NCBI GenBank assembly: GCA_958009085.1 | Contig: OY253676.1 | Span: 806,001-870,000, forward strand | Direction: 5' to 3' | Length of the DNA stretch: 64,000 nt | Origin: Protoeuglena noctilucae | Lineage: Eukaryota | In this document: positions 48,986-61,100 of the stretch, one piece after another | How the letters are laid out: the number at the start of each line of letters is the position of its first letter | How positions within the stretch are numbered: position 1 is the first letter of the stretch | The notes under the pieces: generated by a model | Told to the model about the DNA's origin: nothing | The model's input: only the letters and a program-made list of their open reading frames with translations | Database searches by the model: none | Made by a program: the position numbers and the translations under genes

Positions 48986-51964
48986 TCAGACGACCGTGTT
49001 GTCCGGGACGGTGGCGTTCTTGAGGACCGTGACAATGCCCGACCGGATGTACAGACCCTCGGCCTCACGGTTGGCCTCCTGCACGCCCGCCTTGTTGATG
49101 ATCGTGCAGTTCTTGCCAATGCGCGCGTTCTTGTCGATGATGACGTTCTTGAGCACGCAGTTGCTCCCCACACCGATGGGGATGCCGCTCGTCTCGCGCA
49201 CGCGCCGGGCCTGCTGCGACGTCTCATAGTAATCGGCCCCCATCATAAAGACCCGGTCCAGCTTGCACCCCGCGTTGATGTGCGACCGCAGGCCCACCAC
49301 GCAGTTGTTCAGCGTGCTGTCCACCACCTCGGAACCGGCCGCGATGATCGTGTCCTTCATGGTGCACCCGCGGATGTTGGCGGGGGGCAGGTAGTGCGAC
49401 TCTGCGGGTGGGGGCGGGGGGCAGGGGACAGGTGATGTGAGGGCAGGCAGGTGGTGATGCGGGTAGCTGTGGTGCACAAAGGCCATGCACAAGGATATGC
49501 ACGGCGGCACTGCTAAGGTTGGTCGCAGCGCGTCGCCACGCTCGGCTCAGCCAGGCAGGCGCATGTGAGGTGTCGGCGTCTTGACATACACCCGATACAC
49601 ACGCGCATGCGTTGTCGGCTCATCCACTCACCCGTGTAGATGGGGAAGGTGGGGTCATAGAATTCGAACCGCGGGGGCTGCTCCGCCATGGCCAGGTTGG
49701 CCTCGAAGAAGGACTTGATCGTGCCAATGTCCTCCCTGAGGGTAATGGGCGGACATCGAATGATTACATTCGATGGACAGCGACCAAGGGCAGAGCTGAT
49801 CGTCACTCCTTGATTCGGTCACGATCGCCACAGACAGACGAATCATGGGCAGAGCTGGCTTCACCAAGCTCAGCTTGGCACATCACAAATCATCGACTCA
49901 CCAGTACCCGTTGAAAAGGTAGGCCTGGACCTTTAAGCCCATCTTGGCCGCCTGGGGGATGACCTCCCCACCAAAGTCCATGGCCCCCTGCAGCTTGCTC
50001 TTGAGCAGCTCCACCAGCTTCTTCTTCTTGAACACTGCGGGGATGGGTGAGCGACGACACATGTGCTCTCACAGCGGTGGTACTCGGCCAACACGAGGCA
50101 GGATCGGGCGACACGTCGACGCACACTCTGGCCGCACGCCACCCCCCGACACCCATAGAACCTGAAACAACAAAAGTACACCCACACCATCCTCTCACCG
50201 TAGATGCCCATGGACGCGATGTAGGGCTTCTCCTGGGCCTCCTCGGCGCTGAGCCCCAGCACGGTCGTGTCGACCTGCATGGCCTTCAGCGCGTCGCCCT
50301 TGGGCTTCTCGCTGAACTCCACCACGCGGCCCGTGTCGTCGATCTTCATCAGCCCGAAGTCCGACGCGCGCTCGGGGTCGCAGGGGATGCAGCCCACCGT
50401 GATGTCGGCGTCCGTCATGCGGTGGGCCTCGACAAACTGCATGTAGTCCATCCGGTAGAGGTGGTCGCCGGAGAGGATGACAATGTCCTCCAGGTTCTTG
50501 TTCTTGTTGTCCTCCAGGATCCAGCAGTACTGACGCACGGCATCAGCCGTGCCCTGGAACCAATTGCGGTCGTTGGGCGTCATGGTCGCCGCCAGAACCT
50601 CCACGAAGCCCTGGTTGCCGCCGAACAGCGCGCCGAAGTTGTACGTGTAGGACAGGTGCCTGCGGGGGGAGACGGGGGCGCTGCGCGTCGGTCGTGGTGT
50701 GTGGGGGTGACAGCAAGGGGCGTGCCCGAAGCTGCGCCGCTCAGGTACTCCCCGCCAGCTGATCGACGCGCGGGGCTCACAGGCGCATAAGACAGCGACA
50801 TGCTCGCGCCATGCGCAAGCGGGCCCGGGCAGCGGGGCGGCGCAGTGGCGCAGAGGCGCCTCTCAGATTTTACGGCGCAGCATCCGCCACCCCGTCCCGC
50901 ATCGCAGCGCCCGCCTGCGCACCTGTTCAGGGACATGGAGTTGAACTGCGTGAGGATGTAGACCTTGGTGATGCCCGAGTTGATGCAGTTGGACAGCGGC
51001 ACGTCGATGAGGCGGTAGAGCCCCCCGATGGGCACCGCGGGCTTGGCCCGAAGCTTCGTGAGCGGGTAGAGGCGCGTCCCGGCACCGCCGCCCAGGATAA
51101 TCGCACCGATGGAGTTGGTCTGGGCCCTGCGGGGGGAGGCGGGGCGCAGCGATCGGCGCAGCGACGGGCGTCCCCACGTGCAGGCAACGCACCCCCTGCC
51201 GCACCGCCCGGCGCGGCGTGAGGCACGCGGGGCGGCCTCAGAGACGCGGGCTGCCGTAAAGATCCGAGATCCTCCGGCGGATCAGCGGGAGAGCGCCGAA
51301 CCGCTCGCGAAACCGCGCCCCCAGAACGGTGCAAGAGGTGTCCGCTCGAGCCCCGACGCGCGAGGCGAGGGGGGCGCGCGACGGCCGAAGTAAAACCGGA
51401 AACGCGCGCGGCCCGCTCGCGCCTCGGCCGCCCCGGACGGGGCCGTGCCGGGGCCTTCCGTTGCGAGGCCTGGGGCCCCAGGAAGGGCGCGCGGCATCTC
51501 GCCGCGGCCACGCGGCGCGCGGGACCACCCATGGGCGCGAACGGCAATTCGCCTCCAAAAAGAGCGGTGGGGCGCGGAGGGGGGCCGGCATCCGTCGCGA
51601 CGAGGGCTCCCGGCCCAGCTTGGGGCGGGGGCTGACAGCTCGGCGAGAGCGCCACCGAGCAGCCTTGTTGCGGCCTCGACGCGGCATGCCTGCCATGAGG
51701 AAACGGCAAGCATTCCGGGGCGGCGCGCGCAATGGGGTGCCCGGCGCGGAGATATCTGCCCCGGCGAGGTGCCCACCTCGAGTAGTTCACGGCGCTGGCG
51801 TCCACGGGCTGGCTGATGAGCGCGTCCACGCGGAGGGACTTCCTGCCGGAAGTGCCGGAGCGGGCCGGCGCGCGACCCGCTGGCCGGGAGCCGACGAACG
51901 CCGTGCGCCTGGCATCGACCCGGACGCCCGGCGCCACGCTGCACACTGCGGCAGTCTGAGCCAT
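48986..51964 (-). CDS. STA1: ADP-glucose pyrophosphorylase large subunit, plastid-targeted, about 7 exons
   Basis: Transit peptide, then [89 protein letters not shown] and VEVLAAT favour the large subunit. Confidence 0.93.
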
Positions 51965-52254
51965 GGTCGGGCGATTGCTCGCTACGTGGCCGGGGGCAAG
52001 GACTGGGGCGGGGGGGGCTGGGCGGGGGGTGATGCCGGGGACGGGCTCGCCAGAAACACAGGTCAACCGCAGCGCCGGGGGGGCATCTGGGGGCGCCGGG
52101 AGGGGCCGGGCGCCATCGATTCGCTCGCAGTACCTCGATAGGCTTGACACGAGGCGGTGAGGATCAGCCAGGACGTCTCGGGCTTGTTTCGCGCCTGGGA
52201 ACGCACAATCGGGAGCTTTTCCAGTGCCCCTGCGGAAATCTGTTGACGGTGAGA

Positions 52255-54803
52255 ATGGTGCCGATGCGCAGCGGCGTAGCATCGCGTCGAGGGAGCGTCT
52301 CGGCGCGTGTCAACCGAGCGGCGACCAAGGCTGTCGATTTGCGCCACGATGGCTCGCTGTTCTGTGGCTGGTCCGCGTCGAAGCTGACGTATGCATCGTG
52401 TGCTGCTCGCTGGGGTGTCCCGGCGGCGGGCTCGCTCCCGCACGGCCCAGGGCAGGGGTCGGTTACGCCTCTGACGCTCCGTGCTGTCGCCGCCTGCCTG
52501 CCGGATGTCGCTTTCAGCTCTGCCCCCGCTTCTGCAGGCTTGATGTTCGTGCTCGACGTGCCTCTCGCGCGGCAGGCGCCCGCGCTCGCGGAGGCCCGGG
52601 GGTGCGTGCGGTGCGCCCCGTCGACGAGTCAGCCGCGCGGCGCGTCGCTGCGGCCGCGGGCCTGGCGGAAGTCGCGCGGGGATGACGAGTTGTCGGGCGC
52701 GACGCGGGAGTCGACTCGCACGCAATTCCAGCGCGGGCAGGGGGGCACGGAGGCGTCCTCGAGCGCCCAGCCACCGCAGCGCCAGGCGAGCGGCCTCCCC
52801 GCGCGTTGCCCCCTCACATCCGTCTTATAAACGCTACAGACGTTAACATTCCCTCTTCCGCAGCACGCGAAACGGACGTACCTGATCGCGGTGGACGACT
52901 CGGCCGACAGCGAGTTCGCAGTGGCATGGGCCATTGAGAATCTGCACCAGCCAGGGGACGAGATTCATCTGCTCCATTGCGTGCCTTACGTGCCCAGCCG
53001 GGTGAGTTTCTCTTGAGAGACATGAAGGCTATGCTATGTTACTACCATGCGAACGAAGCACGTCGCCATGCTTGCCTTGGCACCGCTCACCCTACCAACC
53101 ACCCTGCCCTTGCGTCGCGCCCAGGCCATCTACTCGACTCCCGCGGGCGGCTTCGTGACGGCTCCCGCCAACGACGAGAGCCGGTTCTTCCAGAAAGCAG
53201 AGGCCATGGTCACCACCCGATTCCGGTGAGTGGTTGCTGTATATGCTTGCCAAGCAGCCATGGGTGCCAGCCACGTGTGCGGTATCTACAGCGTGCCGTG
53301 ACAGCTTCCGTCGTGACTCTCCACAACTCAGTCCACCTCACCGCCTCCATCACACACCCCCGCCCCACCAACCCACTGCCTCCACCTCCCCCACCACCAA
53401 CCCCACCCAACCCCTCCTCGCAGCCGCCACTTCGACGACGCCTCCGTCCCCTTCACCGTCGACATCATCCGCGAGGGCCCCCGCCACTCGGACCGCACCG
53501 TGGCCCAGCGCATCTGCGACGCGGCATGTCGGCTGGGGGCCGACGCAGTCGTCATGGCGTCCCACCGCATCGGCAAGCTGTCAGAGTTCTTTTTGGGCTC
53601 GGTCGCGATGAGCTGCGTCCACGCCTGCGCGTCGCCCGTGGTCGTGCTGCACCCCTCGGCACTGCCGGGGCACCCGGCGCCACCGCCTGTGGCGCAGAGG
53701 CAGACCAAGGGGCGCGGGCGCAGCATCGGTGAGGGGGGAGATAGTAGTGGTGGTGGGGTTTGTTGATGAGAGTAGTTGGTGCTGCATGTCGTGCGTTGGG
53801 GGGGCTAAGAGAGCTGCCACACTCATGGTTGCCACCCTCACTTCTGCCAACCCCACAGCTACCCTCATTGCCAGCCCCACCGCCACCCCCACTGCCACCC
53901 ACACTACCACCCACATTGCCACCCTTATCACCACCCCCACTGCCACCCCCACTCCCCACCCGCAGTGGTGGCATTGGACAAGTCTGATGCATCGCTGGAG
54001 GCACTCGACTGGGTGGTGGCGTCCATGTACCGCAAGGGCGACAGGCTGCACCTCCTCCACGTCATCCCCATGCTGCCATTCGCGTCCGCATTCCACACGG
54101 GGGCAGGTGAGCGGAGTGAGCGTGATGGGTGGTGACAGGCATGAGTGTAATGGGTGGGGGGGAGTAAAGAAGATGGGTGAGCGTGGTTGGTGCAGTGAAA
54201 GCAAACTCAGAAAACACGTGGGGATGTTCTGCCACTTATCCCCCATCACTGCCCTCTTCTCCCACTCTCAGAGGGTTTCGTGTCTGTGGCCCCCCCCGCT
54301 CTGCTCGGGGGCGACGAGGAGCTGCACGCGGTCAGGGAGGCCGTGACGCGGCGCATCAGGGAGAAACTGCGAGGTGAGGGGGGGCCGGGGTGTCATGTCT
54401 TTCTTTCAAAACTCAATATCCTTCTCCTTACTCGCTAAGGCCCGTGTCCATGTTGGCCCATGTTTATGGTGCTTGCGATCTAATAAGCCGACAGCCTGAC
54501 TGCCTTAATGTCACACTTACATTATCTCTTCACCCTCATCTATTCCATCCAATCGCAGACACCGCCATCCCCTTTGATTTGGACGTGGTGGTGGAGGTCC
54601 TCCCGGACGCCCGCGCCTCCATCAGCGGCGCCATCTGCGACGTTGCTGAGGACAGACAGGCCGCAGCCGTGGTCATCGCTGGTTACGGGAAAGGGCCGAT
54701 CGCGGAGTTCCTGCTTGGATCGGTCACCAACTACGTCACGCACCACTGCACGAGGCCCACGGTGGTGTTCCACTCGGCGGCGACGGGGCAGCACAGGCAC
54801 TGA
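52255..54803 (+). CDS. Universal stress protein with two USP domains; start uncertain (52255 or 52543)
   Basis: RTYLIAVDDSADSEFAVAWAIENL...IHLLHCVP and VVMASHRIGKLSEFFLGSVAMSCVH. Second domain: VVALDKSDASLEALDW...LHLLHVIP and AGYGKGPIAEFLLGSVTNYVTHHC. Confidence 0.88.
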
Positions 54804-55260
54804 GTGTCTGTGGTGGGGGGTGGGGTGTGAGATGAAGCCTGGCGGTGGCTGATGAGGAATAAGCTCATGGTCGTGTTTCACTCGGCAGCGACGGGGCACA
54901 GGCACTGAGTATCTGTGGTGGGGGTGGGGGTTGGGGGAGTGAGATGGGGGCTGGTGGTGGCTGATGAGGGATGAGTGGGGGGCGAGTGGGATTGGGGGTT
55001 TGGTGGAGGTGGTGGTGGGGCAGGGCGGAACGCCGCCGTGGCAACTAATCAGAATAGCAGCTGAGCTGCCTGGCGAAGCACTTGTATATACAAAGCGCCC
55101 TGTCACGTCATGATAGCTCTACAGTAGCCCCGTGCGGCGTCAGCTGCCTTACTGCTTCAACACCGATGGAGACTGCCACAGGTCGTTACTGCTAAGCGTG
55201 TCCGCTACTGCAGCAGCGCCACAGTACTGCCACAGCGTCTCACTTCAACCCAGTCCACTA

Positions 55261-57871
55261 CTACTGCAGCAGCGTGTCTACCACCGTCCCCGCGTGGAAC
55301 CTCTTCAGGTCCGGGTACCGCTGCCCCACCCCCACGAACAGGATGGGCGCCCCGGACGTGGACACCATCGACAGCGCCGCGCCGACCTTGTGGTCAATCG
55401 TATCGAATTTGGTCAATATGATGCCGTCGATGGCGCGCGGGCGGGAGCCGTCCGACAGGTCGGTCAATCGACGGTTGAATTTGGTGAGTTGGTCCACCGC
55501 GTCGTTCCCCACCAGGGCCTCTCCCACGAACACCACCGCGTGGGGGCGGTTGACGTTGACCAGGTTCGCGATCTCGCGCATGAGCGGCTCGTTGTCCTGC
55601 ATGCGGCCGGCCGTGTCGACGAGCACCACGTCCACGCGCTGGGGGTAGTAGGGGAGGCGTGGGGGTGTGAGTGGTGGCATGGGCAGAGGCGTGACTGTGA
55701 GCGTCAGTATGAAAACCTGCACGGTCGCATCTGTGTGTGCCGTTTGCGTCCACCATGCAACTGGACACCCCTGCACACATCCCTCCCCCCCACACACACC
55801 CACGCCCCACCCCACATCAACATCCCCACCACCCCTATCCCCCCCATCCCCCTCACCTGCTTCTTGGCGGCCTTCATGGCGTCCGCGGCGACCTCCGCGG
55901 GGTCCTTGCTGTAACCCCTCTGGAACAGGGGAATATTCAAACGCCGGCAGTGGGTGGCCAGCTGCTCGACCGCGCCAGACCGGAACGTGTCGCACCCCGC
56001 CACCATCACCGAATGGTTGCACTGAAGGAACCAGTAGGCCACTTTGGCGAGGTTCGTGGACTTGCCCACGCCGTTCACGCCCAGGAAGACCATCATGTAC
56101 GGCTCGCCCCGGCGCTTGCACTCGCGCACGTCGCTGAGGACGTCGATGGGCTGGGAGGGCGTCAGGATGCGCTGCGGGGGGTGGGGTGTGGGATAGAGCG
56201 TGGGATCACAAGCAGTGAGAGGGGTGCAAGTGCTTGGATAGATACCCATGCAGCCCTTGCCAATCCTCAATAGCAGACCAGCAGCAAAGCAGCCCACGTC
56301 GCCCAACTACTGCAAAAAGCATCTCCTTCGCTATTTCAACATAAGCCAGCAATCTTCCCCCCCAGCTCTCGCCTGCAGCGCGTCCTTGGCCGCCGCCCTC
56401 ACGACCGACGCGATGGTCGTGACGGCCCCCAGCCGCGTCCCCAAGAGCGCCTTCTCCACCCCCTCCACCACCCTCCCCGCCACGTCCTGCGCCACGTTGC
56501 GCTCCGTCAGCCGCTGCCGGATCGCGTCTAAAGAGGGCGCCAGGTCCGCGCGGGTCAGCGCGGCCTTTCCCATCAGCTGGGTGGAGAGACGGCTCGCCAG
56601 GGAGCTGAGGAAGCCCGAGGGGGGCGGCGCGGCGTCGTCGTCGCTCGAGTCGTCCTCCAGGGCCTGGGGGGGAGGGGCAGGGTGGTTGGTTTGCTTAGGT
56701 TGCCGTGGGCGCGGGTGGCGGTGCGAGTGGAGACAGCAGGTCGCTGCACACTCCACAGCACATGGCCCCATGCCTCCCAACCGCAGTGTGGCCATTCTCA
56801 GTTCCTTTGTGTCCCACTAGCACCCCCATCTATCAAGATAGCCCTCCCCACCCCCCACCCCCTCACCTGCGACGCCTGCCCCTGCCGCACGTCCATCACC
56901 CCGTCCTCCTCCGCCCCCTTCCCGGACCCCGTCGTCAAGTCGAGCGTCTCTATGTCCTCGTCTTTGCCCGTGTCCCACCGCCGAGCCTCCTTTCCCTTCG
57001 GCTGAGACGGCTGCTGGCCCGGACCCGCGTCGCCACCCTTGCCCGGGCGAGCGGAGGACTTTTTCTTGGAAAGCAGCCGCTCCGGCTTGCGCATCACCAT
57101 CGGGGCGTCCTCCTCGCGCGTCTCGCGACCGCTGCTCGACTCGCTCGGGTCGGATCGCTCCAATTCCGCGCGCGGGGCTGCGGGAGGCATTGACGTCCCC
57201 GGCCGCTCCTTCGGGGCGCTCGACGTCGCGGACTCCCGCGGATGGGCGCGGGCGTTTGTCTGAGTCGTAGATGCGCTCGGAGCCGGCGCCGAGGGGCCCG
57301 CGCCGAACGCCATCTCCCGCAGGGACCGCTCCAGGCCCTGCCGGAAGGTGGCGTCGAATGCCGCGCCGCTTGCCTCCCGATCCTCGGCGTCGTACATCGC
57401 GGCGAACTTCCTCAGCACCGCGCTGACCATCGCTTCCATCCGCTGCGGCGGGATCTCCACCGCGAACGTCCCCACGGCCGCAAGGTGCCGCTTGCTCTCC
57501 TGGTCCCACGTGCAGGTGTAACGGCCCACGGGGACCGTCCGCTTGCCGCCCAGGCTCGACTCGAGCATGCACGAGGCAATCACGTCGTTGACTGCGAGGG
57601 GCCGGGGTGTTAACGAGGGATAAGCGGCAGGAGAGCGGCCGCACGCCTCCCGCCATTGCGCGGGGCCGCGGGAGGTGCGCGAGACGCGAGGAGCAGCGAT
57701 GCGGATCGCAGCTTATTACGACTGCTGAATGGCGTCACAAGAACGCGCGGTTGACGCCAATGCGCGGGAGGATGGCCGGCACGCACCCACGTTGCCTTGC
57801 GACGCGTCCAGGGCCCCATACTGCCACAGGACGGTGCCGCCCCGATCGAAGACGCAACACGATTCGAACAT
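55261..57871 (-). CDS. SRPRA: Signal recognition particle receptor alpha subunit, about 6 exons
   Basis: N-terminal [78 protein letters not shown]. Confidence 0.95.
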
Positions 57872-58146
57872 GCTTGCGGTGCCGAGACGAGCGCACGCAG
57901 AATTGCTTCGGGACGGGCGCTACGCCGGCCGTCAACAACTGCGATGCGGGATCTAGAATCGGAAAGCCGGATGGCCGCGATGGGCACACTACAGTTGCGC
58001 TTTCGACCAAGTGTGTGTGCAGCAGTGCGACTGGCGTTCGTTTGCCCATCCAGGACAGGCACAGCAGCGGCTAGCAATTGCAAGCATCAGAAACACCAGC
58101 TGTGGCTGCAGTGAGTCGCTCAGTGGCTTCCCGATGAATTCAAGCG

Positions 58147-61100
58147 TCAGTCGAACAGCACCGAGAACACCTCGGCCGCCGCCATCTCCGCCGCGTGGTC
58201 GTCGGCGTCCGGGACGCGCGGCACCCGCGGCCGCACCACGCCCGGAGACACCCGCACCGACGCAGGCCCGCTCGCCATCGCCCGCATCCGCTCCTTCCCG
58301 AGCGACCCCAGCGCTCGCTTGATCAGCGCCTTCTGGTCGTTCTCCTTCGTCAGAGCGCTGCGCGGGAATCCACAGCAGCTAACTTCGACACGTGCGCTGC
58401 GCCCGAGATCGCAACCATGCCCGCCCAGCGCTGCGCAGTTATCTTTCTCTATTCCGCGCGACTCACCCGAGCTCTTTCATGATCTGCCGCGCGCCCTCCG
58501 GCCCGAACTGCGGGATGCTCGCCAGCACATCGGTGTGTCGCTGGGAGTACTGCCCCACCACACAGAGGATGTCGCGGACGAGGCTCACGATCTCCCCGTG
58601 ACACGTTTGGTTCGAAGGCATTGTCAGGGCCTGCGAGCGGGACGACCCAGGGCGGCATCATGCATAGCAGGCATGGAATGGACCCGCACAGACCCGCACA
58701 GCCCGTGAGCAAGACCCATCAAACACATCCACGGCCCCTCAATCAGTGGGACTCCTAGCAATGCACCCGCACAGCCCATGAGCAAGGCCCATCACACATG
58801 ACACACCCCCAGCCCCCCTCGCCTCAATGCACGACCGCAAAACGTCCCCCGCCGCCACGTCCGCCAGCTCCCCCGGCCTCCGTTCCCGCATGACGAACGC
58901 CACGATCGCCCGGCAACACGCCAGCGCCCGCGTGGCCCCGTCCACGTCCGGCAGCGTCAGCAGCAGCATGCTCGACCGGGCGTGCGCCGCGAACGCCCCC
59001 CCTCCCTCGTGAGCCAGAAACTCCAGGACGGTCGGGGAGTGCTGGAGGGGGTCGCTGGGTACCAGACCCGCACCCGCCACCGCCTGCAGCGTCCCCGCGT
59101 AGTCCTTTGTCAGATCTCTCACCATGCGCTCCCTCACCACCTCGTCCGTTGCCGCCTCCGCTCCCTCTGCAGGGACGTTAACGATGCGAGTGGGAGTAGT
59201 ACTAAATGCGATACTTGAAAGTACGACACTCGATACTCGATAGTAATTGGTAATGGTATCGAATAGGACAGCTCAGTGTGAACAAGCAATGCACAAGGCA
59301 CGACGTATGCTATCAGCACACACATGAGCACACGAACAACCAGCAAGTGTAATAGCACGTCCGCAATTGCGCGACACGCACCCTTGGCGACGGCGGCGGC
59401 CTCCCCGTCCAGGTAGGGCATGAGCCTGGCCCACATGTCGCGCACACGACGCTCCATCCCAGGCAAGAACCCTCCCAGCATTGGACCCAGCCACCGGGGC
59501 CGCAGCGGGCGGGGACACCGCCGCATCACCGGCAGGGCCACATGCCGCAGCAGCAGCCTCAGGTGCCGCTCTTCCAGGTCCCCCACCGCCCCCAGCATCA
59601 TGGCAACGAGCTGCTCTGCCACCTTGCTCGACGCGAACGTGGCAGGAACGTGCTCTACTACCTCTGTGACCAGTTGGTAGACCCCCTCCCGCACGCCCCG
59701 CAGCCAGTTGCGCAGTGCGGGCACCGTCGCGCCGCCCACGCTGCCCCCCGTCTCCGGCTGACCCAGGCCTCGCCCCACAAACTGCGCTACCTGTGGGTGG
59801 GGAAGGCAGAGGGAAGGGTGTGGGTGTGGCGAGGGTGATGGCTAGGGAACGAGTGGGTCATGACACAGATGAGGGTGCGAGAGGTGGCAAGAACCAACAA
59901 AGGTGGCGAGAGCCAATCAGCATGCATAGCCAACCCAACCACCCCATCGCCCCCCATCACCGCCCCCGCCCCTCCGTCACCTGCCCCGGCTGCTGCCCCA
60001 GCAGCACGAGCCTCTCTGCCGGGCTGGGGTCGAGAGCAGCCACCGCCGGCCCCAGCAGCGCCCGTCCCTGGGGCGCGGAAAGCTCGTGCACGCGCGTGAG
60101 GGCGGTGAGCGCCACGCCCAACAGCCACTCGACCCATCCGTCCAGGATCGTCGCAGGCAGCGACGCGGACGCGGGGTCGAGTGCGCGGTCGGGCTGCACG
60201 TGCCGCAAGCACCGCTCGATGAGCTGCAGCTCGTGGAAAAATCGCCACCTTGCATCGCAGCCACCGACGGTGACCGTCCCGTCGGCAGCGACTGACGGGT
60301 CCACGAAGGTGCGAACGAAGGCATCGGTGGAGGCCAGGGAGGCCATCAGTGAGGGCTGCGACCAGGCGGCTTTGACAGGGCCCAGCACCCACTCCATCAC
60401 GGGCAGCTCGCTGGCCTTGGCCGCCCCGGACCGCTCGCACGCTGCGGGGGGTGGGGTGGCAGGGGTGAGGTGGGTGACAGGGGTGAGGTGGGTGACAGGG
60501 GTGGGGTGGGGTGAGAGGGGTGGGGTGACGGGTGTGGACGGGCTTGGCTTGACGGCATGGCTGCCACTGCCATCCACCCCCTCATCTGACAGCTTGGCTA
60601 CCACTGCCATCCCAACCCCTCACATGACAGCTTGGCTGCCACCCCTCACTTGATAGCGCAACTGCCGTTTAGTCTAGCCATCCACCCCTCACCTGACAGC
60701 ATGGCCTCCGCAAGGATGTTGCGCTCCCCATACGTCAGCTGCCCCCCGTCCCACATGGCCTGCGTGCGCCCCGCCAGCGTCTCCAGAAGCGGCAGAGTCG
60801 CGTCGGGCAGCGCCGTCGCGATGTTCAGCACGGACGACACGACCTGCGTGGGACACACAAGGAAGCTGATGCAGACGTGTGATTGCGATGTGCGATGTGT
60901 GTGTGAAGGGGCATGTAAAAGCGATCCTCTGCCTTCGCACACAGCCAGGCTAACAGACAGCCCAGAAATACCTACGCCGCCACACCACCACAGCCGTCAC
61001 AGCACAACCCGCCCCCATCCCGTCCCGACACGCACCCTGCTCCTCGCCACGAAGTTCTCGCGCCACCCGGGCGGCGGATTGCTGGGCGGCGGCTGGTGCC

